A stretch of 64,000 nucleotides of DNA from Eledone cirrhosa (GCA_964016885.1 OZ024745.1:112158001-112222000); one strand, 5' to 3'; positions 28,357 through 43,176 are shown, counted from the stretch's first letter. Numbers and translations: made by a program. The notes: generated by a model from the letters alone, not told the origin.

Positions 28357-29036
28357 TGGTGCATTCCAGCCAGTTTGTTGAAAAGTGGATGAGAGAGGCA
28401 AGTGGATGGCTCGTGTGCATGGACCTGTCCTGAGCATGTGCCTGTAATATCGAAGGAGGACTACTGGGAGTAGGCGCTTGTCCTGGCAGTCAGGGTGACC
28501 GAGGCTTTTTGTGGGCTTTCTCTAACGAGTAACCCTCGGTGGTCTCTCCGCTATTGGGGAATTTTTGTTACATCTGTTGTTATTGTTATTGTGTTTCCTT
28601 TTATACAAAGAGAACAAGAAGTTCGCTAAATCTCTACTACACCTGAAAAGGATAATCAGGATGGAGAGGGACGTAGTGCATTCCAGCCAGTTTGTTGAAA
28701 GGTGGGTGAGAGAGGCAAGTGGATGGCTCGTGTGCATGGACCTGTCCTGAGCATGTGCCTGTAATATCGAAGGAGGACTACTGGGAGTAGGCGCTTGTCC
28801 TGGCAGTCAGGGTGACCGAGGCTTTTTGTGGGCTTTCTCTAACGAGTAACCCTCGGTGGTCTCTCCGCTATTGGGGAATTTTTGTTACATCTGTTGTTAT
28901 TGTTATTGTGTTTCCTTTTATACAAAGAGAACAAGAAGTTCGCTAAATCTCTACTACACCTGAAAAGGATAATCAGGATGGAGAGGGACGTAGTGCATTC
29001 CAGCCAGTTTGTTGAAAGGTGGGTGAGAGAGGCAAG
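28357..29036. repeat. 317-bp tandem duplication
   Basis: Identical ORF translations offset by 317 bp (28565 versus 28882). Confidence 0.92.
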
Positions 29037-29361
29037 AATGACCCGTGTGAATGGGCCTGTCCACATAGCAAGAATTTATTACGATATCAATGTACATGTG
29101 AAGAGACATCGCAAAAGTGACTGTGACTAGTGCACCACCCAATAAAAACAAAGTTAGAGTAATGGCAATGGTTGAAGAATCCTGGAGAACTTGGAACTGA
29201 TATTCTACGGAATTCCAGACTATATCTGCACCCGAAAATGTTGGTAACGTGTCCGAATTGTTAAAGCTCAATTCAAGTATCGGTGCTGAGTTAATCAATT
29301 TTTCCCTTTCCTCAAATTATTCGTCTTGGGCCTAAAATAAAAACGATTTTTTAAATTAGAA

Positions 29362-29992
29362 TGGTAGATTGGCAGTATCAGTAGAGTGCCGGAGAACATG
29401 CTTTGCGGCATATAGCTACGACCATTTACATTCTGAGTTCAAATCCCGCCGAGATTAACTTTGCCTTTCATCATTACGGGGTCGATAAAATAAAGTACCA
29501 GTAATGAACTGGGGTAAATTTAATTCACTTTCCCCTTCTCTTCAAATTTTTGGTGTTGTGCCAAATGTATAAACAATTATTCGTTGAATTGGCAGAATCG
29601 CTAGAGTGTTAGAGAAAATGATTTGTGGCGTTTATTACGGATCTTCACGTCTTGATTTCAAATCCCGTCAAAGCTTACTTTGTCTTTCATCCTTTCGGGG
29701 TTGATAAAATAAAATACCAGTCACGTACTGGGGTCGATATAATGACCCCACCCATTGTCCTTGTGCCTAAATTAGAAATCATTATTTATATCTTTTTATG
29801 CGGTGGATTGGCAGTATCGGTAGAGGGTCGGACGCCATGCTTTGCAGCACAGTTACGTCCCTTTACGGACTGAGTTCAAATCCCGCCGAGGTTAAATTTG
29901 CCTTTCATCCTTACGGGGTCGATAAAATAAAGTACCAGTAATACACTGGGATAATTGCTGGCCTTGTGCCAAAAAGTAGAAACAATTATTTA
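29362..29992 (+). mobile_element. Three tandem SINEs
   Basis: Same SINE family consensus. Confidence 0.85.
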
Positions 29993-30336
29993 TATCTTTT
30001 TTATTTTATTTCAAAGTGGTTAATGGCAAGAATAGTAGAGCATCAGATAAAATCTCTTTTGGTATTCTCATAAGCTTTTAAGCTTTTCCCTTATATTTTG
30101 ATTTTTAATCCCAGTTGTATAGATATTATACCGAGGACTGTTTTGTTCGTTTGAAATCATCAAGGTCTAGTCCTGTAGAAGTATATTCTATACGAAATAA
30201 AAAAGGTAACTAGCTGAAACCGCCCGAGCTCACAGTCGACCCTCTACTTTCACAAATATACCCACTCTGCATCATACAATATATTGAGTACTACTCAGAT
30301 TTGTGGTTTTTCCAGTCTCCGTACCGCAGACTATCA

Positions 30337-30370
<34 letters not shown>

Positions 30371-30661
30371 GCATATATATATATATATATTTCGTAGTCA
30401 TTCCAATACAATGGGAGGAGACATAATCGTACCACTGATGTATGACGAAATAACTTTGATAGACTACATATATATATATATATATAGTAATAATAATAAA
30501 TTTGAAGACTAAAATCCAAAGAGGGCTCGATAAGGATAAATATATATCAAATATATAAGAACCGTAGAGCAAATATTTATTAAAATAACAGATTAAAGAT
30601 TAAGCAAAGAATCCCGTTAAGGGTGAAAGCAGCGATTCTTTGGTTAAACTTTAATCTGTTA

Positions 30662-30748
<87 letters not shown>

Positions 30749-30948
30749 CTGTATTTTTAACCGCTGCTCAATCAATGATAAACATTGATTGCCATATAAA
30801 TTAATTATGGAGATATAAAAAATACAGAAGCGAAAATCAACCCAAACCAAACAATGAGTTTGTTCTGTTATTATTTCTGGCAATATTATAACAATATGGC
30901 CCTCCCTAAGTATAACAATATATCTATCTATCTATATATATATATATC

Positions 30949-31042
<94 letters not shown>

Positions 31043-31129
31043 AATATAAATTAATATATATGATGAAACATAAATACCAACATATCTGTGTTTATATTGT
31101 AAAAGAAATTAAGTTAGCTAGAATGAAAT

Positions 31130-32348
31130 ATACTAATTATAATATTACAGCTTGCCTATATCGATTTAATCCAAATAGAGTCGTCGAAATTAATCACCGA
31201 CTTACGGGCATTGAGGATGACATCAACTTCGAAATCATTAACCACCGTGAGCGTTTTAGCGAAATTGATAGCTCTAAGAAGAAGTGGTAAAGTGATGAAG
31301 TAGTAGTAGTTATTGATGTCGAATTGGATAAAGTGGCAATGTTCCTTGTTGCATATGCCATTGAACCAATCAATCACCGCGAAAGAATTGTTCCACAGTA
31401 CAAGAGAGGGACAAGCTTCTAATTTCAGGTATAATTCTATCTAAAATCCTTTTACTAAGTCTACCTAAATCGGTTAATAAGCCGAATAGAGGGGTAGTTA
31501 GCGAAATTGGGTTTGTGATCCTTCAGGGTAAAGTGGGGAGAAATAGAGTCCAGAGGTTCAGTCCGGTCCTGGATGTTGAGTTCAGAGGTGATTTTAAACC
31601 CAGCACCGTTGATGTCATTAATTGTTTCTACTTTTTGGCACAAGGCCAGCAATTACTCAGTACATTACTGGTACTTTATTTTATCGACCCCGTAAGGATG
31701 AAAGGCAAAATTAACATCGGCGGGATTTGAACTCAGAATGGTAAGGGCCGTAACTCTATGCGTCAAAGCATGGCGTCCGACCCTCTACCGATACTGCCAA
31801 TTTGATGTCATTAATGACACTTCGATTAGTTTTCCGGTAATCCTAGTTACAACATTATGTAGCAGTTGATGGTAAGTACTGCGCTCCACTTGATATAGAT
31901 TGCCAGTTTTGTCGGAATGGACGTGCACAGCATCAGGATCCTTAATAGAACGAATTCTATTCTTTAGGTCCTGCTGGAGGGAATTGCTCCTATTCCGAAA
32001 TTTGATACTCCGTATGAATTTCAAGATATCGTTTTCGAAGGGTAGTAATGCTGGGCTACTCGGAGGGTTATTATAAGTTTTAAACCCAAATTTATCCCGT
32101 TTATTGTCCGCTTTTTCCTGATTATCGAAATAAAAGGCACGCCAACGCACCCTTTTAAGGAACGAGTCTGTTTTCTGTATCAGGAGTTTTAGGTATGTCT
32201 TCCTGCTTGGTACGGGTATATTCTTTGTAGAAATATTCAAATGTTGTTTCTGCATGATGAATATAAGTCAATAGAGTGCTTATATATTTGATAAATATTT
32301 ATCCTTATCGAACCCTCTTTCGATTTTAGTCTTCAAATTTATTATTAT

Positions 32349-32352
<4 letters not shown>
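31130..32352 (-). mobile_element. Penelope-like element N-terminal/RT fragment of a different clade (possibly Hydra-like), interrupted by a SINE
   Basis: STKNIPVPS..RVRWRAFYF..FGFKT..SDKTGNLY, then TLKDHKPNF..IRLIN, then FIQFDINNYY (RT motif A). SINE inserted at 31623-31801 with 14-bp TSD ttgatgtcattaat. Confidence 0.8.
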
Positions 32353-32402
<50 letters not shown>

Positions 32403-32700
32403 GTTGTGTGAATATTTTTACAAGTATTTGAATGCATACAGTTATACGAACGCACAGAGATTGAAATTTAAAAAAGAAACATCACGGTCGAACGCACACT
32501 AACAACATTCACGCGACTAACAGGCACACATACATGCATACACATACACATACATATACTCACACGCATACACACAGGCACCCGCGCACACATACATATG
32601 TATGCACAGGAATAGATTTTCACACGAACCACTTTTCTCCTCCTCTAGATAAACACCCCACCCACACTTCTCTATATCTCTCATTCTCTCCCCATCGCTC

Positions 32701-32739
<39 letters not shown>

Positions 32740-33056
32740 TCTCTCTCTCTCTTGCTCTCTCTTTAAAAAAAATGCTTTTCGTTTTGCCTTGTTTTTTTCT
32801 TCTTTCACAAGACTTTCGTTCTATAAAAAGTACAACACCTAGTCGTCACATAAAAATCTGTGTACAAGTTATAACTTACAATATTTTCACGCGTGTGTGT
32901 GTGTGTATGTGTGTGTGTGGTGTGTGTGTGTCTGCGCGTGTGAGTGTGTGTGTGTGTGTGCAGGCATGGCTGTTATTGCATGTGTGGATCTGTGTTTTGA
33001 GTTATATGTGTACCCGTGGATGTGTTTCTGTGTCTATACATGTGTATATGCAGATA

Positions 33057-34010
33057 TTACATGCAGATTTTCTGAAATGTTTTACATGTTTTTACCATTC
33101 CATTAATGAACTGTACTTGCCACTTCCTAACTAGCCACACTCTTTCTGGTTTTGTGAAGCCCAGCTTCTCAAGATTTGTACTGAGGCAGTTAGTGACGTA
33201 GCTAAGAGTCCCAATGATCACAGCTATAAATCTAAAGGTATTCTCAGGTTGGAGTATCTGCAGATTCCTCATTAGTTCAGCATAAATGTTCTGCGTTTCC
33301 CGTATCTTTAGCATTATATTGATATCTGCTGGGCAGCTAACTTCCACTACTGTGAATGCCTTCTTTTCTCTGTCCCATATCACTATGTCTGGTTTGTTCT
33401 GTTTGCATTTTATTTGGGTTTTTGGCTGAACCAATCCATCAGTATTCTTTCGTATTATGTATGTATATGTCATCCACGTTATTATAACCATTTATATGTT
33501 TATTCTACAGATAGCATTGTATAGTGTTTTTTACGAACTGCATTGTACAGTGTTTTGGCCACTACATCATGCCTCATAGGTAGAAATACCATAATGACAT
33601 CTTTGGACAGCTGATTATGATATGGGTGACATCTTTGATCTTAATTCCGCAGAGTCTGCATCTGTTGTCATATCTAAGTGTTTTGTCTGAATCCCCATCC
33701 CTTTTGGGAATAAGGTATTTTGTAGTTATTTCCTGTTCTTGGATTGCAAAAGCATATCCATCAAAGTGAAAGCCAATATAATGGTTGTTGCTCCAACATA
33801 GACTACTTTTCTTATCTATATTACTCTCACCCCGGAGCCTCCTGGCAACATTTCCATACATGATTTTTTTGCTGATAACCATGCAGTTTTTCATCCATAG
33901 ATTCATTACAGTATTGTTGTGCAATTTTCCTGGATGTGATTTTTTGGTTATCGTGTAAGGAGTATTTTTCAAGGAGCTCCTTCTCAACTCTCATAATGTT
34001 AGCTGACTCG
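33057..34010 (-). mobile_element. RLE-type (R4/Dong-like) non-LTR retrotransposon 3' fragment
   Basis: AIQEQEI..CRLC..VTHIIISCP (CCHC knuckle) and KPDIVIWD..VVEVSCP (restriction-like endonuclease). Flanked by TG-rich tracts. Confidence 0.85.
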
Positions 34011-34659
34011 TGTAGAAAATCTTGTTCAACAGATATGCTCTTACGCTTGGTGGTTGTTGGGATATGATGTGACACTTGTGTGTGTGTGTGCATACAAATA
34101 TGATTTCTAGTACAGGCACAAGGCCAGTAATTTTGTGGGAGGGAAAAGTCGATTAAATCCACCACCAGTATGTTACTGGTGCCTTATTTTAACGACCTCG
34201 TAAGGATGAAAGGCAAAGTTAACCTCGGCGGGATTTGAACTCAGACCGTAAAGGGGCGTAACTCTATGCTGCAAAGCTTTTTGTCCGACGCTCTACCGAT
34301 ACTGCCAATCCACCGCCCTTTGTATGTACAAATATGGCTCTTATTGTGTGTGGATCTGCATGTTTTGAGTTATATGTATATACATGCATATTATGTATGT
34401 ATGTATGTATGTATGCATCTTTGTATGTTCTTCTGGTTTTATAATTTCACAAATTGTTACCAATAGAGAGAGAGTCGGTTTCTAACATAGACACAAGACT
34501 CTCTCATTGGAATTTACACAACATCAACTAGGTAGATTATGTATGCATGTCTGCATGCATGCATGTGTAGATATGGATGTTTTTGTATGTGTGGATGTGT
34601 ATGTTTTGAGTTGTATGCGTGCATGTGTATATGCTTAGTATCTGTACATGTGTATATGC

Positions 34660-35008
34660 AATTATTAGATGCAAAATTTTTTGAATGTTTTACATATTTT
34701 TACTGTTCCATTAATAGATTTACTTGTAATTTCCTATCTAGTCGTGTTCTTTCTGCTCTTGTGAAGCGTAGCTTCTCAAGATTTGTATTGAGGCAGTTAC
34801 TAATATACTCCAGTGCTCCAATAATCACAGGTATACATCTGAAGGTGTAATCAGGGTGGAGTATCTGCAGATTTCTCATCAGTTCTGCATAAATATTCTC
34901 CTTTTCGCTAATCTTTGATATTATATTGGCATCTGCTGGACAGCTAACTTCCACTACTGTGCATGCCTTCTTTTCCCTGATATCTGGTCGGTTATGCCTG
35001 CATTTTAT
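34660..35008 (-). mobile_element. Second RLE-type 3' fragment, same family
   Basis: HNRPD..VVEVSCPADANI..KENIYAELMRNLQIL..IPVIIGAL. Confidence 0.85.
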
Positions 35009-35944
35009 TGTGTGTATGTATGTATATATGTATGTATGTATGTATGTGTGTATGTATATATACATGGCTATTACTTTTATAAAATCTTATCATCTATGAT
35101 TGACTCGTTGTTTGATGACAATGAACCAAGTTTTTCAATTCAATGACGGTAAGTATGTGACCTTTATCACATTTCCGAGAACACTCTTATTTTCTGTTTG
35201 AATCTTCGCATGATATTTTTTCAATTTTTCTCCTTTTTTTGGTTATCCTTTCAATTATCTCTTCCAATATATTTTTTTTTACCTGTTCTTTTCATCACAC
35301 ACTTTCCTTTTTACTACGTCTTTCTTCTGCTTTTCTTTATACTTTTTTTACCACATCTTTTTATCTCTTTGAGCTCATTTTCATCTTTCAAATTAGATTT
35401 GGAAATAATGAAGCTAATCTTTCAAGTGATGAGAGAGAAATGTGATAAGTTTCTGTTGATGGAAAAACAAAGGAACTAAAGAGAAAGAGCGATAAAAAAA
35501 AATGACTGGCGTGGTAGGGGGTGTGGTGGACAGAAGAAAGGACAAGATAGGAAGAAGAAAGAGAGGCTTTCAAAGAATTTTTGAGATAAGTTAAAAGGAA
35601 CATTTACTATATTTACTCTTAATATCTAAATAGAAATAATTAAATCTAGAAAAAGTTATATAATTAAATGTGTATCCTTAAATACACTTAAACATGAAAT
35701 TATATACATACATTCATATATATATATATATACATATATACATATATACATATATATATACATATATATATACATAGTCCAGAAATATACATATATATAT
35801 ACATAGTCCAGAAATAGCCGTCGTCGAAACTTCTTGGGCTCTGCCGTCAGCGTTAAACATTTTCCTATTACCCACTCTACTACCCTAAGTACTGAGTACT
35901 CTGGTCAGTTATGGTCCATCTGATTCCTTAACACACCTCCTTCG

Positions 35945-35982
<38 letters not shown>

Positions 35983-36127
35983 AGTAAGTATGTTTTGAAA
36001 CAGTGAGCAGGTTTGAAATTAGAAAATAGAATAGCTTTCACCGTATTTTTGACTAAAGGAATTTTAGCCTGATAAATATATATATATATATATGTGTGTG
36101 TATGTGTGTGTATATATGTACACACAT

Positions 36128-36160
<33 letters not shown>

Positions 36161-36598
36161 AATATATATATAATTATAATAATTGTTTCTACTTTAGGCA
36201 CAAGGCCAGCAATTACCCAGTGCATTACTGGTACTCTATTTTATCGACCCCGTAAGGATGAAAGGCAAAGTCAACCTCGGCGGGATTTGAATTCAGATCG
36301 TAAAGGGACGTAACTATGCTGGAAAGCATGGCGTCCGACCCTCTACCGATACTGCCAATCCACCGCCTATATAATTATAATAATAATGGTAATAATAATA
36401 TAATATGTATATACGAATCTTTGTATTTGTGTGTATAGGCGTGTTTTTGCATTGATGATCAAAGTTTTCCAGAGGAAAATCGTGTAAGATTTTGTATAAC
36501 GATTAAAATCTTCAATAACCTCGTGTAAGCATACCCTTCCTCTCCCCATCTCTCATATCTATCTATCTATCTTTCGATATCTATATATGTACGTATGA

Positions 36599-36676
<78 letters not shown>

Positions 36677-36896
36677 ATATATATGTGTGTGTGTGCGTGT
36701 ATTTATATATATATGTGTGTGTGTTGACCCTTCTTCTTCTTCTTCTTCTTGAGAGGGTCAGGGAGTACGAGTCCTCAAACACTCCTTCCAGCGGGTCCTG
36801 TCAGAAGCATCCAAGACCAGCCAAGCTCATATATTAATATATAACTTATGAAGAGGATATACACAGTGTCGCTTTAGGTTAGTGTGAGGCCTGTAA

Positions 36897-37943
36897 CTCT
36901 ATATCACTATATCACTATATCACTATATCACTATATCACTATATCACTATATCACTATATCTCTATATCACTATATCACTATATCACTATATCACTATAT
37001 CTCTATATCACTATATCACTATATCACTATATCACTATATCACTATATCACTATATCTCTATATCACTATATCACTATATCACTATATCTCTATATCACT
37101 ATATCACTATATCACTATATCACTATATCACTATATCACTCTATCTCTATATCACTATATCACTATATCTCTATATCACTATATCACTATATCTCTATAT
37201 CACTATATCACTATATCACTATATCACTATATCACTATATCTCTATATCACTATATCACTATATCACTATATCACTATATCACTATATCACTATATCTCT
37301 ATATCACTATATCACTATATCACTATATCACTATATCACTATATCTCTATATCACTATATCTCTATATCACTATATCACTATATCACTATATCACTATAT
37401 CACTATATCTCTATATCACTATATCTCTATATCACTATATCACTACATCACTACATCACTATATCACTATATCACTATATCACTATATCTCTATATCACT
37501 ATATCTCTATATCACTATATCACTATATCACTATATCACTATATCTCTATATCACTACATCACTATATCACTATATCACTATATCACTATATCTCTATAT
37601 CACTATATCTCTATATCACTATATCACTACATCACTACATCACTATATCACTATATCACTTTATCACTATATCTCTATATCACTATATCTCTATATCACT
37701 ATATCACTATATCACTATATCACTATATCACTATATCTCTATATCACTACATCACTATATCACTATATCACTATATCACTATATCTCTATATCACTATAT
37801 CACTATATCACTATATCACTACATCACTATATCACTATATCACTATATCTCTATATCACTATATCACTATATCACTACATCACTATATCACTATATCTCT
37901 ATATCACTATATCACTATATCACTATATCACTATATCACTATA
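36897..37943. repeat. 8-bp satellite (ATATCACT)n with ATATCTCT variants
   Basis: About 1 kb of continuous octamer. Confidence 0.95.
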
Positions 37944-38239
37944 TAAAGCTACCCTAAATTTTAAAATATACGACATAAAGGTTAAAGGCAGTATGGTGTT
38001 ATAGTATAAGGCACTGAAAATGTGGAGCCCGTAGCAAATGCTACTCTTGTTATTAAGCTACGGAAGGACACACGATTAATGTTTCAATGAGAATATGACT
38101 ATACGTATTGGAGTCTATATGGGATATTGTGTGAAGGCGAGTGGCTTCGAAGTTACTCTGTCCGGCGCACGATTGTAATATTTAAGTTCGATTCCCTGTG
38201 ATGCATTGTGATATTGAGCAAGACACTTCTCTAAGCACG

Positions 38240-38955
38240 TCTCTAAGATTGTCAAGAAGGCCGAGGGTGTCTTGGCATCACTCAGCAAGACCTTTGTTAG
38301 CCGCTCTCCAGCCATCTATTTAAAGCTGTATACAGCTATGGTACGACCACACTTGGAATTCGCATCATCAGTCTGGAATCCCTATCTTGCTCAGAACATT
38401 GACCTCCTGGAAACTGTTCAGAGACGTGCAACCAAGCGCATACCCTCCATCAGACACCTAACATACTCTGAACACCTTGCTTCCCTGGGCATGGATTCAT
38501 TGAAGCTCCGACGTCTGGCAATGGACGTGGTAAACACCCACAAAGTTATTAACCATCTCGCCGACAACAACCCTGAGCACCTTTTTGATCTCCATGTGTC
38601 TAACACACGTGGACATGCCTACAAAATCAGAAAACAGCACAGTTCCCATGACTTTCGGAAACATTTTTTTCACGCTTAGAGTTGCTGAAGCATGGAACAA
38701 ACTGCCTGCTTCAGTTGTTAGCTGCCGAGACACTTCATCCTTTAAAACCCGCATGCTTCTCGAAATTCGGCAAAACTACACCTGATGTACCCCTTCCATA
38801 CACATGCACACATGTGTATATCATGACTCATGCACTGTTCATTTTCCTGACGTTTGTACATTACCCTATGTACTATACATACACTTTTGATGAGTTGTAG
38901 TGCACCTGAGCACTGTACACAATATTTTCATTATTATTATTATTATTATTATTAT
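38240..38955 (+). mobile_element. CR1-clade LINE 3' fragment with (ATT)n tail
   Basis: LYTAMVRPHLEFASSVWNPY..LETVQRRATK..TRGHAYK..FFTLRVAEAWNKLP with a single frameshift, followed by 3' UTR and ATT tail. Confidence 0.92.
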
Positions 38956-39353
38956 TTCACGTTCTTTCAGTTCACTAAGCTGGAAAAAGAAATGAGTTGT
39001 ACATGTAATTCAAAGGACCAACATTTTCACACAGTGTTACGCTGAATCTCCCTGAGAATTATATCGGAAACACGGTGACCCCAATACACACACACACACA
39101 CACACATATGTAAGCGTGTATGTATGTGTGTATGTGCATATGTATGTATGTGTGTGTGCGTGTGTATATATGTATGTATGTGTGTGTGTATGTGTGTATG
39201 TATGTGTGTATGTATGTGTGTGTGTATGTATGTGTGTGTATGTATGTATATGTGTATGTATGTATGTATGTGTGTGTATGTATGTATATATGTATGTGTA
39301 TGTATGTGTATGTATGTGTGTGTATGTATGTGTGCAGTAATCATAAGTTCCAT

Positions 39354-40030
<677 letters not shown>

Positions 40031-41971
40031 CGAAACTGTGGCTTCCTTTCGACGCTAGTCAAATTTTCTGCTTATTAAACAATCTGACTAATAGGAAACC
40101 GTATTATAAAGACAAATTTCATGTAAGATTTACCTGTGACACAAGTTAGTGATTAGTGAAAGAAATGCAGAACTCTAGACAGGAAAAATAAAATGTACTT
40201 TATTTCAAATAAAATTTAAGCTTGAATGTTAATCCCAATACTGCAATTACTTTTCAAATTTTAATACAGAAATACTTCATATCTCCTAGAAATCATAAAT
40301 ACCACAGCATAATATTTCATCAAAAATAGTGTAAATGCCAGCTACAGTTGCACCGAAAACTTTGCTGTTTCTCCTGCCAGAGTATATTTTTAATTTGTTT
40401 AAGGATATGGGAGAATATTGTGCTCAAGTCATTTACAAGCGATTCCTGAATTATTTTGTTGTATTTGTTGTTTCGTCCCAGGTTAGATCTCTGTTTCAAG
40501 ACATTCCAACCGAGATAATTCCATTTTTCTTTTGTATATCAAAGACAATGTATTCTATATTAAAGGTGGTAGGGTGTTGTTTGATGGCCATTTGGTTGTC
40601 ATTTCTAGCAGTTCTAGCAACCGACGAGGATGATGTTCATTATAATTCTCTATAGGTTGCTACCAATAGGAAAATATGGGTAAGAAGAGAATTCCAGAAG
40701 AATGGAGTTTTGGAGTGAAATGATTGGAAAGTACTTACTGCAAAGTTTAGCAAATGAGAAATAGTAGATATCATGGAAAGTAAAGAGGCATCTGAGTGGT
40801 GGTAGTATGAAGGTGGTATTATAGTTGCAGTACAAAGGCGGTGGATTGGCAGTATCGGTAGAGCGTTGGGCACCATACTTTGCAGCTTAGAGTTACGGTC
40901 CTTTACGTTATGAGTTCAAATCCCGCCATAACTCTATACTGCAAAGCATAGTATCTGACGCTCTACCGATACTGCCAATCCAACGCCCTGTATAATATAA
41001 TAAAGGGGCTATACATTTATAGTACCAATAGAAGATGCAACGTTAGCTAATCTTTTGGTGATGGGTGGAGAGCAGATAGGGCAAGTGTGTTATGTAAATT
41101 AGTGTAGAGTAGATGAATGTACAGATGTTCAGAACCAACAAGAAGCATATTTTTATTATTTCAGAATCGGTAGAGGGTCGGACGCCATGCTTTGCGGCAC
41201 AGAGTTGTTCCTTGACGGTCTGAGTTCAAATCGCACTGAGGTTAACTTTGTCTTTCATCCTCACGGGGTCGATAAAATAAAGTACCAGCAATGCACTGGG
41301 GTAGGTTTAATCCCCCCCTCCCATCCTCCTCCAAAATTGCTGGCCTTGTGCCTAAAGTAGAAACAATTACAGTTGCAGATAGAGAGATAGAGAGAAAAAA
41401 CAGCAAGTATAAAATGTCTTGTTCAATGAATATTTGTAAATCAGTTGAATCGATTTTTTTTTTATATAGAGTAATATATATTATTGCTAACTCTAACCCA
41501 ACAAGCCCCTAAAATGTGTCCCAGTTGTGATCATCCTAGCCTTTTTTTTTCAGACGTAAGTTAAGTGTATATCCAATGTGATTTCAATTTTTAAAGACAT
41601 TGAGGAGATTTAGCTGTTGTTTCTAGTAGAAGTTCTCTCATTGGCTCATAATTAAGATATTTGTATGTATAGCAGTAGCAATGCTACCATTATGTGAGAA
41701 GTAGGCCAAAATGGATTGTATTTGAGAGTTGAAGATGGTCTAGAGCAGATAAGAGTTGCAATATTCTCCGACCCCCTTGTCAAAAGAGGAAATGTAAGCT
41801 TTTTAGAATGTTATACACACACACACACACGCACATATATATATATATATATATAAGTGTGTGGGGGGAGGGGGAGAAGCCATCAGAGATTAACAAAGAT
41901 TGTGAAGTTAACCATATGCAGTAAGAGGAAGTTCATCTGTTGGTGCTACAGTAATTATATATATACACATA

Positions 41972-42013
<42 letters not shown>

Positions 42014-42032
42014 TTTATATATATATATATAT

Positions 42033-42231
42033 AAAACAAAGAGGGTGTGGTAAGATACCAGGTGGACCATAACGGACCAGAGTACTCAATACTTAGGGTA
42101 GTAGAGTGGGTAATGGGAAAAGAGTCAGGACTCCGACGGCTGAGCTCCGGCCGTTTCGACAGCTTGATCCGTAACTAGTTCTGATCTAGCTGTCGAAACG
42201 GCCGGAGCTCAGCCGTCGGGGTCCTGACTCT

Positions 42232-42235
<4 letters not shown>
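42033..42235 (-). mobile_element. Short TA-anchored element ('ccctaag' family) with fold-back end and 3' half of a HHR
   Basis: Shares ttacccactctactaccctaagta(t/c)tgagtact with 35810-35947, 43474-43581 and 49295-49432. Inverted arms at 42117-42169 and 42183-42235. Confidence 0.8.
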
Positions 42236-42291
<56 letters not shown>

Positions 42292-42523
42292 GTATATAAA
42301 TATATATATATATAAATATATTAAGGGTACTATTTATGGTTATGTATGTAATAAAACCATTAATGGTAATATATTATATATACAAACCTTAAATAGTGAA
42401 AGATAGTCATTAATTACTATCCTATTACCAGTAAGATAAATAGCTCAATGTAATAACATCAGTTGTTTTACAGAGCAGTTATATAGAGATTACAATAATC
42501 AAAGTTCAGTTTAAGTCATTTAT

Positions 42524-42572
42524 TTGCTTACAATTGTTTCCTCCAAACCGAGGTTTGGATTCTTCGGAGCAA
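42524..42572 (-). ncRNA. Hammerhead ribozyme with variant core CCGAAGA
   Basis: Minus strand: UUGCU-CCGAAGA-a-UCCAAACC uc GGUUUGGA-g-GAAA-caauug-UA-AGCAA. Confidence 0.75.
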
Positions 42573-43127
42573 CTATTAACTGATCTATAACATACTTGAC
42601 CTCCTTTTCAACCCAAGAGACATATAAAACATATGCGCATATTGATCAACAGTGGGTGACATTCATCAAATGATATATCATGGCAATTTACATATAAAGG
42701 TTACAGGATAAAAATAAAAATAAAAACAAGAATGAAAATAAAGATAAACATGAAGCGTTGGCAGTCTATGAAGATAAAGCAAGAGGAAAGTTTAGAGTAG
42801 TCAGTGTATGAAACAATCTCACGTGTAGCATGCACGCGTGTCTTATTTATACATGATTAGAGTGCGTCAGAATGATATTTGCAGGGTCAAGCAGTTGAAG
42901 CAGGCAATCGATCTTATTATGTGGGCTGAATTATTAAGTCATTTATTCGCCTACATCTGTATGATATACAGTCTCGGATGCAGGGAAACACCAAAATATC
43001 AAAAACTTTCAACATACTATAAACCTTATTGTATCGTAGGCAAAGCCGTACCACTGTCTTCGCTCACACCATTTATATGTCTCTTGGGTTGAAAAGGAGG
43101 TCAAGTATGTTATAGATCAGTTAATAG

Positions 43128-43176
43128 TTACTCCGAAGAATCCAAACCTCGGTTTGGAGGAAACAATTGTAAGCAA
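43128..43176 (+). ncRNA. Hammerhead ribozyme with variant core CCGAAGA, inverted partner of 42524-42572
   Basis: Same fold, with one stem I mismatch (UUACU/AGCAA). Confidence 0.72.

Noticed and set aside
35105-35160. Possible host exon ending in G|gtaagt
   Set aside because: It is only a donor-like motif, with no recognisable coding content or partner exons.
36884-37957. 357-aa ORF
   Set aside because: It is a translation of the octamer satellite.
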